In this document: positions 31,548 through 46,242 of the stretch, in pieces
Layout: each line of letters starts with the position of its first letter
Position numbering within the stretch: the stretch's first letter is position 1
Source of the DNA: the human T2T-CHM13v2.0 reference genome, Homo sapiens
DNA: 64,000 nt
Reading direction: 5' to 3'
Assembly: GCA_009914755.4 (NCBI GenBank)
Contig: CP086569.2
Coordinates: 13,280,001 to 13,344,000 of the forward strand
The notes under the pieces: model-generated
Seen by the model: the letters and a program-made list of their open reading frames with translations, nothing else
Database searches by the model: none
Told to the model about the DNA's origin: nothing
Translations under genes and position numbers: made by a program

Positions 31548-32539
31548 TTATAAATATAGAGGTAAACATTTAAAACATAGAGAAATCTTAGAAGAAAGTA
31601 GATGAAAGTTTCTCAGCACTGCTGCTGTCTGGGACTGGGGGGTTCCATGTGGTCGGGTGTCCTGTGTACTGCAGGGTGTTGGGCAGCATCCCTGAGCTCC
31701 ACCCACCAGATGCTAGCAGGAGGTGGCAGTTGTGACAACTAAAAATATCTCCACATATTGATGCAGGTGGATGTTTCGTTTATCTAGAAGCTGGAAATGC
31801 TGTTGTAAATTAAACAAGTTGGAAGAGGACACCAGAACTGCTGTGTGTCAGAGATAGTATGTGTGAAAGTAAAAGATAAAACAAACGGAGGGCCACATTG
31901 ACAATATTATAATGGAGAGGTTCTTATTGTCCCTCACATACAAAGAACTCTTAAAACACTTGAGGGGTTTGCAGGGGCTCGTCTCTAGCACACCAGAAGC
32001 AAAGATAGACAAATACAAAAATATCTTTGCTTTCTTAGGGTAAGCTCTATTTATTTCTTTACTACAGGGCTAGAGTTGCCTTATTAACATCCTGTATTTG
32101 AGGGCTTTCTCAATCCAAATATAAACACAATCAAATGTGTAAATCAAGTTTGGGTTTCAAGATTATAACAGTTTCTTAAAATAAGTGAACACATTCATCT
32201 TTTGCTAGGCTCTGTGACACTTTATGCAGCAGGGAAATTAATTCATCATAAGCAATTTACCAGAACTTCCCTTAAAATTGCCCAAACCAGGGCCTTTCTA
32301 CAAGATAAGCCTTTGGTAACATTTTCAGTTTTTCTCATAGTTATTGTCAAATAGAAGGTTTCTATTTCTTCTGATGACAACAACCAACATCTCACTGATT
32401 TCCCTAGAAGGATCAAGCGCTTCTTCAATACTTCCAGTGTTATTACTATAAGGGGTTCTATATAGTATTCGCTTTTAAAACTGCCTCCAAATGACTTCTT
32501 TCCAATTTCTATTTTGTACATTTATGTTTTCTCAAATGA

Positions 32540-32824
<285 letters not shown>

Positions 32825-32937
32825 TAATCAAATGCCTGAATTTGTTTCTTGTTCCCAATTATTAGTTGTGTTGTTTTATCTTTATGAATTTTTTTACTGC
32901 TGTTTGCTTTACTTTTTTTTATTTTAAAAATATTTGG

Positions 32938-33225
32938 AGCTGGGCATGGTGACTCACACCTGTAATCCCAGCACTTTGGGAGGCCAAGGCGGGCAGATCA
33001 CTTGAGGTCAGGAGTTGGAGATCAGCCTGTCCAATATGGTGAAACCCTGTCTCTACTAAAAATACAAAAATTAGCCAGGCATGACGTTGGGTGCCTGTAA
33101 TCCCAGCTACGCAGGACGCTGAGGCAGGAGAATCACTGGAACCTGGGAGGTGGAGGTTGCACTAAGCCAAGATCCCACCCCTGCACTCCAGCCTTGATGA
33201 CAGAGTGAGACTTTGTCTCAAAAAA
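32938..33225 (+). mobile_element. Alu SINE, sense
   Basis: ggagctgggcatggtgactcacacctgtaatcccagcactttgggaggccaaggcgggcag... Confidence 0.9.
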
Positions 33226-33345
33226 TATATATATATATTTGAACGTATATATTTATATATATATTTAAACATATATGAACATACATGAACGTATACATAA
33301 ACATATATATGTATATATAAAAATATGTATATATTTGAACTGGAT
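33226..33345. repeat. TA-rich compound simple repeat ((TA)n, (ATATGAAC)-like units)
   Basis: atatatatatatttgaacgtatatatttatatatatatttaaacatatatgaacatacatgaacgtatacataaacatatatatgtatatataa. Confidence 0.9.
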
Positions 33346-33840
33346 GATTTCTTCACTGATTTAAATTTTCTTTCTTGTACCACTTTAGTTGCTGTCTTTG
33401 CTTTGTATAGGTAGCACTCACATTGGAATCATTTTCTGAAATAGTACGTAATTCAAGCTTTCATTTATACCCAGATCAAGTTATTTAGGAGAGCACTTCT
33501 AGTTTAAAATGTCTGAGGACACACTGGTTGGTTTTTTATTTGTTCTCTTTTTAGTTTAGCTATTAATGTCTGGATTTATTATTTCGTTGTCAAAGAATAT
33601 GACATTCAATTCCTGCTACATCTACATATTAAATGCCTCCTCGTCCCATTCATATAAAATCACTTTTTCTAAGTGGTCCATGGTTGATGAAAGAAAAAGA
33701 TTATTGCTTACATAATGTATGACATTTAAGAGAAGCCTTATGCTTTATTCATTAGATGCATTTATTTATGTATTTGCTTTATTTGAGAATTAAAGACAAA
33801 GGGAATTGTAAAAGGAAATTATTTTTAAAAAGACTCCTTG

Positions 33841-34150
33841 GCAGGGCGCCGTGGCTCATGCCTGTAATCCCAGCACTTTGGGAGGCCAACCTGGGTGGAC
33901 TGAGTGAGTCCAGGAGTTCAAGATCAGCCTAGGCAATGTGACGAAACCCTGTCTCTACCAAAAATACAAAAAATAAAAATAAAAATAGCCAAGCATGCGG
34001 GCACATACTTGTGGTCCCAGCTGCTTAGAAGGCTGAGGAGGGAAGATCACTTGGGCCAGTGAGGGAGAGGTTGCAGTGAGCCGAGATGGTATCACTGCAC
34101 TCAAGCCTGGGCGACGAGTGAGACCCTGTCTCAAAAAACAAAAAAAAAGA
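33841..34150 (+). mobile_element. Alu SINE, sense
   Basis: ggcagggcgccgtggctcatgcctgtaatcccagcactttgggaggccaacctgggtgg... Confidence 0.9.
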
Positions 34151-34420
34151 ATTGAATTTTCAGTTTCCGTGGTTGGGAGAATGAACTGTAACCATACCCA
34201 GTATTGTTTTTTAAAGTATTGTGAAGCCGATCACACGCCTATATTTTCACATGATTCGAAGGTTCATTACAAATGTAAGATGCCCATCATGATTGCCAGC
34301 CATCCAGGCCGGTGAAGAACGGTGGTCAGTCATCAGAATAACTCCTAGGACCTCTTGGGGGAGAGGTGACCCTCCTTCTATAGGACCCATCTGGGCACAA
34401 GCCACATCTCTGAGCCTTAC

Positions 34421-34562
34421 CTGAGCAGGCTGGACACCTGAGGAGTGATCAACACCACCAGCTTCCTCGTCAGCCTGTGTCTCCTCAGTGACTGCCCCAG
34501 GACCAGGGCGCCCTGGCAGTAGATGTCATCTGTGGCCAGTGTGACAAAAGCCTGATCAGTCA
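34421..34562 (-). CDS. GYG2P1: Glycogenin-2-like exon 2 (start of the glycosyltransferase family 8 domain); intact frame
   Basis: Minus strand: acceptor ttttcacag|TGACTGATCAG, donor CTGCTCAG|gtaaggct. Encodes (V)[47 protein letters not shown]. Confidence 0.8.
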
Positions 34563-34655
34563 CTGTGAAAATCAACAGAAACACCAGAGTTACACTCCTG
34601 AGGGACAGCAGGGGTGACAAGGCCATAGTCACCTCCTCTCCTCTCCCAAGATTCA

Positions 34656-34960
<305 letters not shown>

Positions 34961-35280
34961 CACGACTTGCAGTGAATATTCAGTATTCTAATTCACAAAC
35001 ATTCTTCCTTTCATTCTAAACAAAACAAAACACAGGAGGAGAATGAAGGAACCTTAAACATGAGACAAAGTCAACCCAATGGCTATGCCCGTTTCCTGAT
35101 GCTGCAATGCCATGGAAACTCATAGCTACTATCCCTTATTTTATGTTGTGTTTGACTCTTGAAAACTCACCCAAAGTGTTTAGATCTTAGGTGGAAACAA
35201 AAGGCAAAAAGTGGAAGTGATGACTTGATGACCTGAGTTACAGCAAAGATGTAATCCAACTCAAAGAACTGTGTTCTGGG

Positions 35281-35590
35281 CTAGATGCAGTGGCTCATGC
35301 CTGTAATCCCAGTGCTAGGGCTGAAGAAGGGGGACTAATTGAGCCCAGGAGTTTGAAACCAGCCTGGGAAGCACAGCAAGACCTCATCTCTACTGGAAAA
35401 AAAAAAATTAGCCAGGCAAGGTGGTGCACACCTATAGTCCTAGCTACTTGGGAGGCTGAGGGAGGAGGATTGCTTGAGCACAGGAGGTCAAGGCTGCAAA
35501 GAGCCATGATCACACCACTGAACTCCAGCCTGGTCAACAGAGTGAGTCCCTGTCTTCAGAAAAAGAAAAAAGAAAGAAAAGAAAAGAATC
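35281..35590 (+). mobile_element. Alu SINE, sense
   Basis: gggctagatgcagtggctcatgcctgtaatcccagtgctagggctgaagaagg... Confidence 0.9.
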
Positions 35591-36271
35591 ATGCTCCACA
35601 AAGAAGCAGCCAAACATGTTATTTAAATTCTGGACAGACCATTTCTTACAAAGACTTCAACTTCAACTCAGGGTTGTATGAGGTGGTACAGTCAACATAA
35701 GGAGAAGTGTATTGTTTCATTAGGTAGAATGTGCTCAGTTTCCTAATGCCTCAATAGGAGAGGAAGGAACTCTCACATTAGATATAATTAATGGCTTTTA
35801 AGTCTCTGTGCATAAGACTGATGTGAACTTTGGTAATGACTTTTAAACCACTCAATTCTTGGGCACCCAAGCCCCTGTTGCCAGGAGAAAGACAACAGTC
35901 AGGAGGGCAGCCAGCAACACCAACAAGTCCCACACAGTGTGCAGCCCAGTGTACTGTCTATGGAAATTAAAATGCTCAGCATGCAGGCAACCATGGCACC
36001 TTCCCCAGAAGCAGCACTCCAAGAGAAGCCAAACCACAATTCGCACTAAATATAACAAACACAAGTGTCCCAGACGTGTGGCCCAGGGCTGCCTCCTTGA
36101 CCTTTACATTGCAATGGGGTAAATTCCAAAATGCGCCTGTTACAGCTGCTCCTGTAGATTCCTCTCCCTACCCTTGCAGGAAGGAAGAACAAGAATTCCT
36201 GACATCTCCACTGGGAGTGAGTATCATAGACAGCAAACTTTACAACTTAATTCTGTAGAATAAAAGATATC

Positions 36272-37082
36272 TGTCATCAGTCCATATCTATCCATCTATC
36301 CATCATCCATCCATCCACCCATCCGTTCATCTATCATCTATCTATCCGTCTATCATCTATCATTGGATAATATCTGTATTATCCATCTACCTATTATCTA
36401 TCCATCCATTCATCCATCCATCTACCTATCATCTACCAATTCTCTGCACATCTATTACTTTCTATCTTACTATTATCTATCTCTATCCATCCATCCAGCT
36501 ATCCATCTATCTCTCATTTATCCATCCTTCCATTATCTATCATTTATCCATCCATCATCTATCTATCCATTTATTCATGCATCCATCCATCCATCATCTA
36601 CCAATTCTCTGTACATCTATTTATTATCTATCTTACTATAAATCTGTCTTTATCATCTATCAATCAATCATATATCTATCCATCCATCATCTATCTATCC
36701 ATCTACCTATCATCTATCCATCCTTCCATCTATCCACCTATCATCTACCAATTCTATTCACATCTATTATTTATTATCTATCTTACTATCATGTATCTGT
36801 ATATCTATCTAATCCATCTATCTCTATCATCTATTTATCATATATCATCTATGTAAATTTATCATCTATGTATCTATGATCTATCATCCATCTATCTCCA
36901 TCATCTCTCCACCTATAATTTTCTATTATCCATTTATCTATCTCCATCTGTCATCTACCTATCATATATGTGTCCTCTCTGTATCTACTTCTTTATATCT
37001 ATCAATCTTTCAAACATCTACCTACCTACAGTCTATAGATTATAAATTGTCTCTAGCACCATTATCTATAATCTATCTATAG
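36272..37082. repeat. ~800-bp degenerate tetranucleotide array, (TATC)/(ATCC)/(CATC) on + (= GATA/GGAT/GATG on -)
   Basis: ccatatctatccatctatccatcatccatccatccacccatccgttcatctatcatctatctatcc... Confidence 0.95.
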
Positions 37083-38199
37083 TTTTCTTAATTACTAGCT
37101 TTAAAATGATAATAATGGTGATTATTACTCCTTTAGACATTTCCCAAGGCCTAAGCTCTGACCAAAAGTATTTCCCAAGAAAGGCATAGCTGTCATGGAC
37201 CCGTTCAGCCATCTGTAAGGCTCTTTTGTCTCTAAGCAGAGGAGAGAGATGGGAGAGGAAGCAGACATTCAGGACTGGCATCCGCAAAGCCCAAAGCTGG
37301 CCAAGGTACTGTGTGAGCTTCACCCACAGACCTCGAAAATCACACAATGCCCAAAACAGAGCCAGAGATCCAATCCCCTACCCCGTCCTCACCAAGGTTT
37401 CTCTGACCCGTATCTTGAAAGATTGTGGAAACAGAAAGAATTACCAAGTAGAACCCCCAGTGTTGAACCCTAAGTGTGAACATATTTCTAAGCAGCATAA
37501 TGGGTATCCCCACACCTAAACATACGACCTGCTAAGAGCTTCACCTTTCCATGCAAACTCTCAAAAAATTAACGGGAAATTAACATAACGTAAAACAAAC
37601 CATTTTAAAGTGCACAAGTGACTCGCATTTAGTCCATGCGCAATGTTGTGCAACAACTAACTCCAGGCAATCCGAGGATATTCTCATCACTCCAAAAGGA
37701 GGCCCTGTACCCATTACGCAGTCACTCCCCATTCTGGCAACCATGAGTCTGCTTTCTGTCTCTACATTCCTATTTTGGATATTTCCTATAAATGGAATCA
37801 AACACTATGTAGTTTTTGAAAATGGAATAATTTTGTATTTCCTTTTTATTTATCACAGTAAACTTCAGATGACATAAAATTCACCATTGTAAAGAGCACA
37901 ATTCATCACAATGTTGTACACCCACCACCTCTATCTAATCCTGGGACATTTCATCACCCCAAAAAGAGACCCTGCACTCATTAAGGAGTATCTTCCCTTT
38001 CTCCCTTCCCTAGCTTGTGACAACCACCAATCACTTTTTATCTCTGTGGATCTGCCTGTTCTGCATATTTCATGTAAATGGAATCAAGCATCATATGGCC
38101 TTTTGTGTCCGGCTTCTTTCCATCAGCATGATGTTTTCAAGGTCCATGCATTTTCATCAATTCAACCGTGTAATTAAAAGTGTAAACCAGGAATCTTCC

Positions 38200-39440
38200 A
38201 AGCAAAGATGGTGGATGCGGAGCTCCTAGTTTCTCTTTCCTTCCTTCTGAGATAAAAGGAGAACAAACTAAAAAGTGTGCTAAGGAAGGCAAGTGTGAAC
38301 CCCAAGCCAACAAGGAGGCAGGAGAAAACTGTCAGCCAATAAGAGAAACTGGAGAAGTCACTGAAATTCTGCAGAATTCTCGAAGGCCAAATATACCCAT
38401 CACGAGAGGCAAAATCAGATAATAGGACCTACTCTACAGGAAACCAAAAGCCCAAGAAAAAATAATTACCACCACACAGAAGTGGAATTCCTAACCTATA
38501 ACATAACCTTGACAAATTCAGACAAGTCGGCAACCCTTGCAAGTAGGCACAGCTCAACTGACATTCCTCATTTTTATACATGTAGATATAAACCATTACA
38601 GGCATTTGAAAAACACCTTCAACACAAAAGAGAAAACTAAAAAGTTATGGGGTGGAATGGGAAGAACCCCATAAATACCAGAGAATTCATGGAATAGAAA
38701 TTCAAGGAACAGACAGACAGACATAAAAATTCTGACTGCATTAATTAGTATTCTTTCAAAAGATTACAGGGAGAGGGATACATCTATAAACCAAGAATCA
38801 AATGCTATAGAAAAGATCACTCCAAGGATAAGAAATAGTTATTAGAAGTTAAAAATATGATTTGCTGAAATGAAAATGGAATAACAGAAGGTTTGGAAAA
38901 TGTCAATGAGGAAATCTCGCAGAAAGTACAATTAAGGGACAAATGGAAAATTTCAGAAAGCTAGAAGCCTACAGGAGTGATTCAGAAGGTTCACCAACAT
39001 AAGTTTCAGAGTAAGAGAACAGAAAAAAAAATAGAAGAAAAGTTTTCAAAGAAATTAAACAGGAAATGTTCTCAACAGCAGCAGAAAGTCAGTCTTCAGA
39101 TTTTAAAAGCCCAGAGAGTATGCAGCAAAAGAAAAAGAAAAAAGAAAGAAAGAAAGAGAGAGGAAGGAAGGAAGGAAGGGAGGGAGGGAGGGAGGGGAGG
39201 GGAGGAGAGAGGAGGGGAGGGGAGATGGGGACAGAGAGACAGGGAAAGAAAGAAAGAAACTCAACAGTCCTTATCCTGACAATATGTTTCTGGAGTTTAA
39301 AAACACCAAGGATAAGGAGAACATCGTGATAATGCCAAGAAAATGAAAGTAAAATAAAAATACAGGTCAATCCTATTAAGGATGAGACTGAGACTTCTTA
39401 TCATGAATAGTGGACACTAAAACAAAGCACCATATCTAAA
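38200..39440 (+). mobile_element. Old L1-like (ORF1-region) fragment, low confidence
   Basis: A-rich coding-like text (aaaacaccttcaacacaaaagagaaaactaaaaag..., ...acaggtcaatcctattaaggatgagactgagacttcttatcatgaatagtggac) reminiscent of a diverged L1 ORF1 region. Confidence 0.35.
39121..39275 (+). repeat. Pure purine tract: (GAAA)n(GGAA)n(GGGA)n(GGGGA)n, ~150 bp with no pyrimidines
   Basis: gcagcaaaagaaaaagaaaaaagaaagaaagaaagagagaggaaggaaggaaggaagggagggagggagggaggggaggggaggagagaggaggggagg... Confidence 0.95.
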
Positions 39441-39627
39441 CTCTTTGAGTGCAATGGTCCTCAACCTAAAATTGTATACCCAGACCAAGTAGCTAAATTT
39501 CTAGGCCCAGGCCAATTAGCACATCTGCTGCACATTTATACGCCACATACCATTTCTCAGGCAGGTATTTGAGTATGTGTTTCACAGTAAGAATAGACTT
39601 GTATTCTTTTAATTTAAAAATACATTT

Positions 39628-39775
39628 TTTTGCACATGCCTGAAGTCCTAGCTAACTTGAAAAGCTGAGACAGCAGGATTGTTTGAGCCCAGAAATTGGA
39701 GGCTGCAGTGAGATATAATTGTGCCACTGCACTCCAGCTTGGGTGACAGAGCAGAGCCCTGTCTTTAAAGAGAAA
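39628..39775 (+). mobile_element. Partial Alu (right arm), sense, followed by (GT)n
   Basis: gcacatgcctgaagtcctagctaacttgaaaagctgagacagcaggattgtttgagcc... Confidence 0.8.
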
Positions 39776-39776
39776 G

Positions 39777-39813
39777 CGTGTGTGTGTGTGTGTGTGTGTG
39801 TCTGTGTAATTGC
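39777..39813. repeat. (GT)n microsatellite
   Basis: gtgtgtgtgtgtgtgtgtgtgtgtctgtg. Confidence 0.95.
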
Positions 39814-40667
39814 AAAGTAGATGGCAAAGTAAAAAATAAGATAAATCAAATAATATATGTTATGAGAAGAATCATCAGCAAAGTAATGTCAAACTGAAAA
39901 CAAAGTGCCATTTACCATTTTTAGCCTTCCATTGGCAATATTAAGATTTCTTTGTGATCTCCAATGTATAGATTATTGAAATCTGAGGAACCATGTTTAA
40001 GGACCCTGTGAATTAAAGAATAGAAAGGAAAAGGAGTGCATCCTTTAGGAACTACAATGACAAAGGTAATAGAACTCCCGAGGAGGGGCGTTGTTTTGAG
40101 ATTTCCTCCTGAGCTGACTGTTCTGTCCACCTTCGAGATGCTCAGAGGGATTGGCTCCCCTCTGAACTTCACCACTGAATCTGAGAATGAGGGCTAAATC
40201 ACACTCCAAAGGCCATGCTTTGGGATTTTCCTCCAGAAACAGATGACTGAGGTTAGACCTTGCTATTTAGATGCTTGGTCCTGCAAGAGCAAGCTTTGCA
40301 GAATATTTAGCGTGCCAACTCCTATACCCTAGTAAGGAAGAGTCTACTGTTTCCAACCCCACTTACTGACCTGCGCTCTTAAGTAGCAGAGAAGAAGAAC
40401 AGAGAATGTATAAAATGAAATTTGGCACCATCTGACCTGGGACATGGGCTCCACCGGGTAGATTCAGATCCCTGTTACCCACCTCCTAGGTCTCCCTGAG
40501 AGCCCTAGAAGCCTCGTCTGTGCAGAGCATTTATGACATGAATTCTGAGGTAAGGAGAAGTCCACTTGCCTCCAATCCCACATTCTACTCTTGCATAACT
40601 AACTGAGATCTTAACCGAGAGGCACAACAGAAAATGTTGGGGTTGTTCATTATGTTGTTGTGGTGGT

Positions 40668-40945
<278 letters not shown>

Positions 40946-40949
40946 CTTT

Positions 40950-41255
40950 TTATTCTTTTTTGACAGGGTCTTTCTCTGTCTATCACCCAGATTTGAGTGC
41001 AGCAGCAGCATCACAGCTCACTGAAGCCTGGAACTCCTGGGCTCAAGCAATCCTCCTGCCTCGGTCTCCTGAGTAGCTGGGACTACAGATGCTCACCACC
41101 ACACCTGGTTAATTTATTTTTAATTTTTCTGTAGAGATGGGGTCTCTTGCTCTGTCACCCAGACTGGTCTCAAACTCCTAGCCTCAAGCAGTCCTCCCGT
41201 CCTGGCCTCCCAAAGTGCTAGGATTACAGGTGTGAGCCAGCCACCGCACCAGACT
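40950..41255 (-). mobile_element. Alu SINE, antisense
   Basis: ttgacagggtctttctctgtctatcacccagatttgagtgcagcagcagc... Confidence 0.9.
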
Positions 41256-43787
41256 AGAAAACATTTAAAATGGGTCTCTGATCAATCACCCTGAGCCACA
41301 CTTCTCTCCTTTGCATTCTCTGCTCCACCCTGTAGATTCTGGTTCCTGTTATCTGTTTCCTCAGTCCTTAAAAACCACATTTTCTCCCCCAACACAGAGT
41401 GAAAGCCATCAGCTGCCCTGAAAGCCAACCCAACACCAAGGGTTTTCTCATTGTCTGCAAATGTAAGCTGGGTTCAGGATGCTGGTCATCTCATCCCCCA
41501 CACTAAGTCCCCACGTCCAGCTCCACCCCTCTGGGTCCTCAAGCACATCCTATGATGTGTGCTACTACCATGGGGCTACTACCACTCCCTTAACTCACCT
41601 GGAACTCACTCTCCTCCCAGCACATGGTGGCCATGGAAAAAACCACCCATCCCTCAGAGATCTTCCTGCAAACCCTGCTCCCCAAGACGACCCTTCTCAT
41701 CACAGTCCCTCACCTCCTATGACACAGGACCCTTCATCTCTTGTGCCATCTTACCTGCTATGCTCATTTTGCTTACTGGTGGGCTCATTGCTGACTCCTT
41801 TCCCTAGCAAACCCATGAATGAGCTTCCTGGGGCTGCTGTGAGAAAGTACCACACGCTGGGAGACTTAAACAACACACATTTACTCTCTTGCAGTTCTGA
41901 AGGCCAGGATTCCAAAACCAAACTCTAGAGAAGGGTCCTTCCTGCCTCTTCCAGCTCCTGGTGGCTCCAGATGTCCCTGGGCTTGTGGCCACATTACTCC
42001 AATCTCTGCCTCCAACTCCACATGGCCTCCTCTGTGTCTGTGTCTCTTCTTCTATCTCTTGGGACAACACCTGCCATTGGATTTAGGGCCCACCCAAATA
42101 TTCCAGGATAATCTTATCTTGAGATGCTTAACTAATTACATCTGCAAAGACCCTATTTCCCAATAAGGTCTGTAAATCTAAACTAAAATTCTAGGCCTCG
42201 CAACTACCTAATTGGCCAAGGGCATTCCAAAGTTAACCTGAAAAACGAGTTCAGGCCATAATGAGGAGAGGGTCAGACATGCCTCATCATACCCTCCTCC
42301 ATTTTGGAATTCAGGAAAAGCTGACCACCATAAACATCCACACAGACCTCAAGTCTGATGAGAAACCTTTACAATCTATTCTCTCTGAAGCCTGCTACCT
42401 GGAAGCTTCATCTGCGTGATAAAACCTTGGTCTCTACAAACTCTTATCATAACCCAGACATTCTCTTCTATTGAAAATAACTCTTTCGACTAATCAGAAC
42501 ATTTAAAAATCTACCTATGACCTGGCACCACCCCCCGCAACCCCCTTGCTTCAAGTAGTCTCACCCTTTCAGATCAAAGCATTGTGTATCTTACATGTAT
42601 TCATTGATGTCTCATGTCTCCCTGAAATGTGTAAAAGCAAGCTGTACCCCAACCACCTTTGGCCCATGTTGTCAGGACCTCCTGAGGCTGTGTCACAGGC
42701 ATGTCCTTAACCTTGGCAAAATAAACTTTCTAAATTGATTGAGACCTGTCTCAGATACTTTTGGGTTCACAGGTCCCATTCACAGCTTCTGGGGAGATGT
42801 GAGTTTTATGGGGGGCACTGCTTACCCCAGTCAACAGTGCTGTCCCATAAGCTGCCCACACAATGGCACCTGCTTAGAGAAAGAGTGAAGGTTTGAAGCT
42901 GGAAGCAGAAGACAAAGAAGGTGAAGGGGCAGAAGATGTCTGTGTGGGCCTAATGACATGCTGTCAGTGCATTACACGTTCACTGTGGGTTCACGTCCCA
43001 GGCAATTCCCAGGCACGAGAATCTGCTACGTGCTGGGCCCAGCAGCTAACAAGGTACAAGCTCTGTCCTCAGACACCCACAACTCCATGAGAAACATCAG
43101 CCCTAAGAAATGGGTGTTTCAATACTGCAAGGCAAGTCCTATGGCAGGCAGCAGTTTTTGAAAGGGCACCATCCAAGCTCAGGGATAAATGGCCAGGAAG
43201 AACTTATCCATCAAGAAATCAGTGGATCAATAAACAAGAATGAATATGGCTCCCATCCATCCAGGAGTGTCTAGATGGGGCATACCTATGCACTATCATT
43301 AATTCCCTTTCCAACACAGACATGTGCTTCAAAAACAAGTAAACTGGGGCTTCAATGAGTAACTAAATGTCTGAGGTCACCTCTGACTCCAACACCAACA
43401 AAAGCCCTCAAAATAGCTACTCTCTCCTGCCTCCAATAAGAAACTAAACTAAAAATAATAAGGCAAAGAAGGAAGAGGCAGAAAAAGTCCATGAACCAAG
43501 ATCAGAGGTGGAGATGATAGGTTGCATGCTGCATCCTGCATTCCTCACAGTGTAGCAACAGCAGCTGGAGAATAAGGACCCACAGGAAGAGATGGGGTCA
43601 GAGGGCCAGGATTACGAAGGTGATATGCAGCCTTTTCTATTATCCTGAGGCTTATGAGGAGCTATTTCAGGGTTCTAAGACCTGTAAGAAGGTCTCATCT
43701 CCATTGCCAGGGAGGGCCCTCTGGCTGTCTAAAGAAAAGGAGGATGCAAGTGAATTGGCCCAAAGCAAGGTGCAGAGGACAACACAG

Positions 43788-44200
43788 AGAAATGGCAAAG
43801 TGATCAGTGATTGATCGCCACCTGTGCTAGTTTTATAGTTCTTCATGAGGGCATCACTGACGACTAAGAGAAATGGCAAAGTGATCAGTGACTGATAACC
43901 ACAGACACTGGTTTTTTACCCCTTCATGAGGATCTCAGTGACAACTGAAAGAAATGACAGAGTGATCAATGATTGATAACCATGTGCATGGCCTTTTTAT
44001 CTCTTCATCAGGACGTGAGTGACAACTATGCGAACTGGCAAAGTGATCAATGATTGATAGCGAGGTGCGCTGGTTTTTTTAATCTCTTCATGAGGATCTC
44101 AGTGACAACTAAGAGAAATGGCAGAGTGATCATTGATTGATAACCACATGCTCTGGCTTTATAGCTCTTCATGGGGACCTCAGGGAAAACATGAGGATTA
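43788..44200. repeat. Minisatellite/VNTR: 5 tandem copies of a ~80-bp unit (agagaaatggcaaagtgatcagtgattgataaccaca...ttcatgaggatctcagtgacaacta)
   Basis: Unit starts at ~43788, 43869, 43950, 44033 and 44113. Confidence 0.85.
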
Positions 44201-44804
44201 ATGGGTGTTATAGACGGATGATAACCCATCCTGAAACGCCTAGGATGAAACCCTACCCCACAGAACCTCTGAATGTGTCTGCATTTGAAGATGGGGTCTT
44301 TAAAGAGGTGATTATGGTAAAATGAGGTCACTAGGGTGGGCCCTAATACAGTAGCACTGCTGGCCTCACTACAAGAGGAGATGAGGACACAGACACACAC
44401 AGAGGGATGACCTTGTGGAGATACAGAGAAAGACCACAAGACCACATCTACAAGCCAAGGAGAGAGGCGTCAGGAGGAAACAGCCCTGCCCACACCCTGA
44501 TCTCAGACTTCCAGCCTCCAGGGCTGTGTGAGAGTAAATGTCTGTTGTTCAAGCTTCCCAGTCTGTGGGACTTTGTTATGGCAGCCCCAGCAGAAAAAAA
44601 CAGTAGTATTCAAATACATGAGTTATCCTATTATGGGCTGAATTGCACACCTCCAAAATTCATATATGAATGTCATAACCTCCAGGACCTCAAAATGTGA
44701 GTGTATTTGGAGATGGGGTCTTTAAAGAAGATATCAAGGTAAAATTAGGTCACTAGGATGGTCTGATCCAATAGGATTGGTGTCCTTATAAGAAGAGGAG
44801 ATTA

Positions 44805-45076
44805 CGCTGAGCATGATGGCTAACACCTGTAATCCCAACACTTTGGAAGGCCGAGGCAGGTGGACCACTTGACGTCAGGAGTTTGAGACCAGCCTAACCA
44901 ACATGGAGAAACCCTGTCTCTACTAAAAATACAAAAATTAGCTGGGCATGGTGGTGCATGCCTGTAATCCCAGCTGCTCAGGAGGCTGAGGAGGAGAATT
45001 GCTTGAACCCAGGAGGCAGATTGCACCATTGCCTGGGTGACAAGAGCAAAACTCCATCTCAAAAAAAAAAAAAAAG
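44805..45076 (+). mobile_element. Alu SINE, sense, inserted into an older interspersed repeat
   Basis: gctgagcatgatggctaacacctgtaatcccaacactttggaaggccgaggcaggtgg...; A18 tail. Confidence 0.9.
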
Positions 45077-46242
45077 AGGAGCTTAGGACACAGACACACA
45101 CAGAGGGATGACCCTGTGAGGACCAAGCCCAGGAGAGAGGCCTCAGGAGGAACCAGCCCTGCCCACACTTACCTTGATCTCAAACCCAAAAGAGAATGCA
45201 GACAGGGCTGCATTTAGAGTGAGAGTTTTATGGAACTACTGGACACCCTGTTTCTCTCTTTGGTTTAGAGTTGGGGGAATACTGACCACAGTCACACAAT
45301 GACAAGACAACACCAGTTGGCACAAGAGCTCTCCAGCAACAAGGTATCCGAGACTCAGACTTCTGCTTTGGAACAAAAATGTGCACCTCCTGAAGGTTAG
45401 CCACTTCCCATCCAGGACACTGTAAAACCCATCTAAAGTGCAAAGACAGACCAGCGGATTGAAATAGAACAGATCATGAAACATTGATTGATAGGTGCTT
45501 AGCTTCCACATCACCTTGCCCTGAAGAAACAACTGGTGATCAAGTCGTGGTGCGGCGCCACAGAACATCCACAATTATCCAATGCTGCTGCATTCAAAGA
45601 GGGAGTTTCCACTTCATGTGCCAGTGCGGCAGACTTTCAGCAAAGGCACGGAGTGGAAAAACAGCAAAAGAACTTGTCACTACACTACAGCCCACAAAAA
45701 GGAGACACTGTCACAAAATCAAGTCCAGCCTGGAGATTGCAGTGGCTTAGAATTTTATGACTCTGTGACAACAGTTTCTTTCTACCCCTTGCCTGCCCCC
45801 CTGCACTCAAGGAATCTTCTGATCACCCCTCAGAATATCCTTAGCATCTTCCTTCTCAGCCCTTCTCTACTCAAAGGCAGTTTCTGTTTTCTGCAAAGAG
45901 TTGAGTCTTCTCTTCTGGCATGAGGCTGACCAAGATGTATGCAAATGTCTGTCTTGAATGCTGTTATTATACAGACACAAGCAGGCTTGGGGAAACCTGT
46001 AGCTTTCACTTTAGAGAGCTCCAAACGCGTCCCTAGAACAGAGAATCTTTTCTGCTATTCCTGGGAATAGAGTCTTCCAGTACACCTCATGAAAACAGCC
46101 CTTAAGATCCCTGCCCCGAAAATTTTCCTCTCTAAGTCCAGAGTGAGAGAAAACAAGAGAGAAGCAGCTCTGTGATTTACCAAATCTCTCCTCTGAATTA
46201 AGAAGTCATCTGTTCTGTTTGTGTGTTTTAAATTGCATTCAT

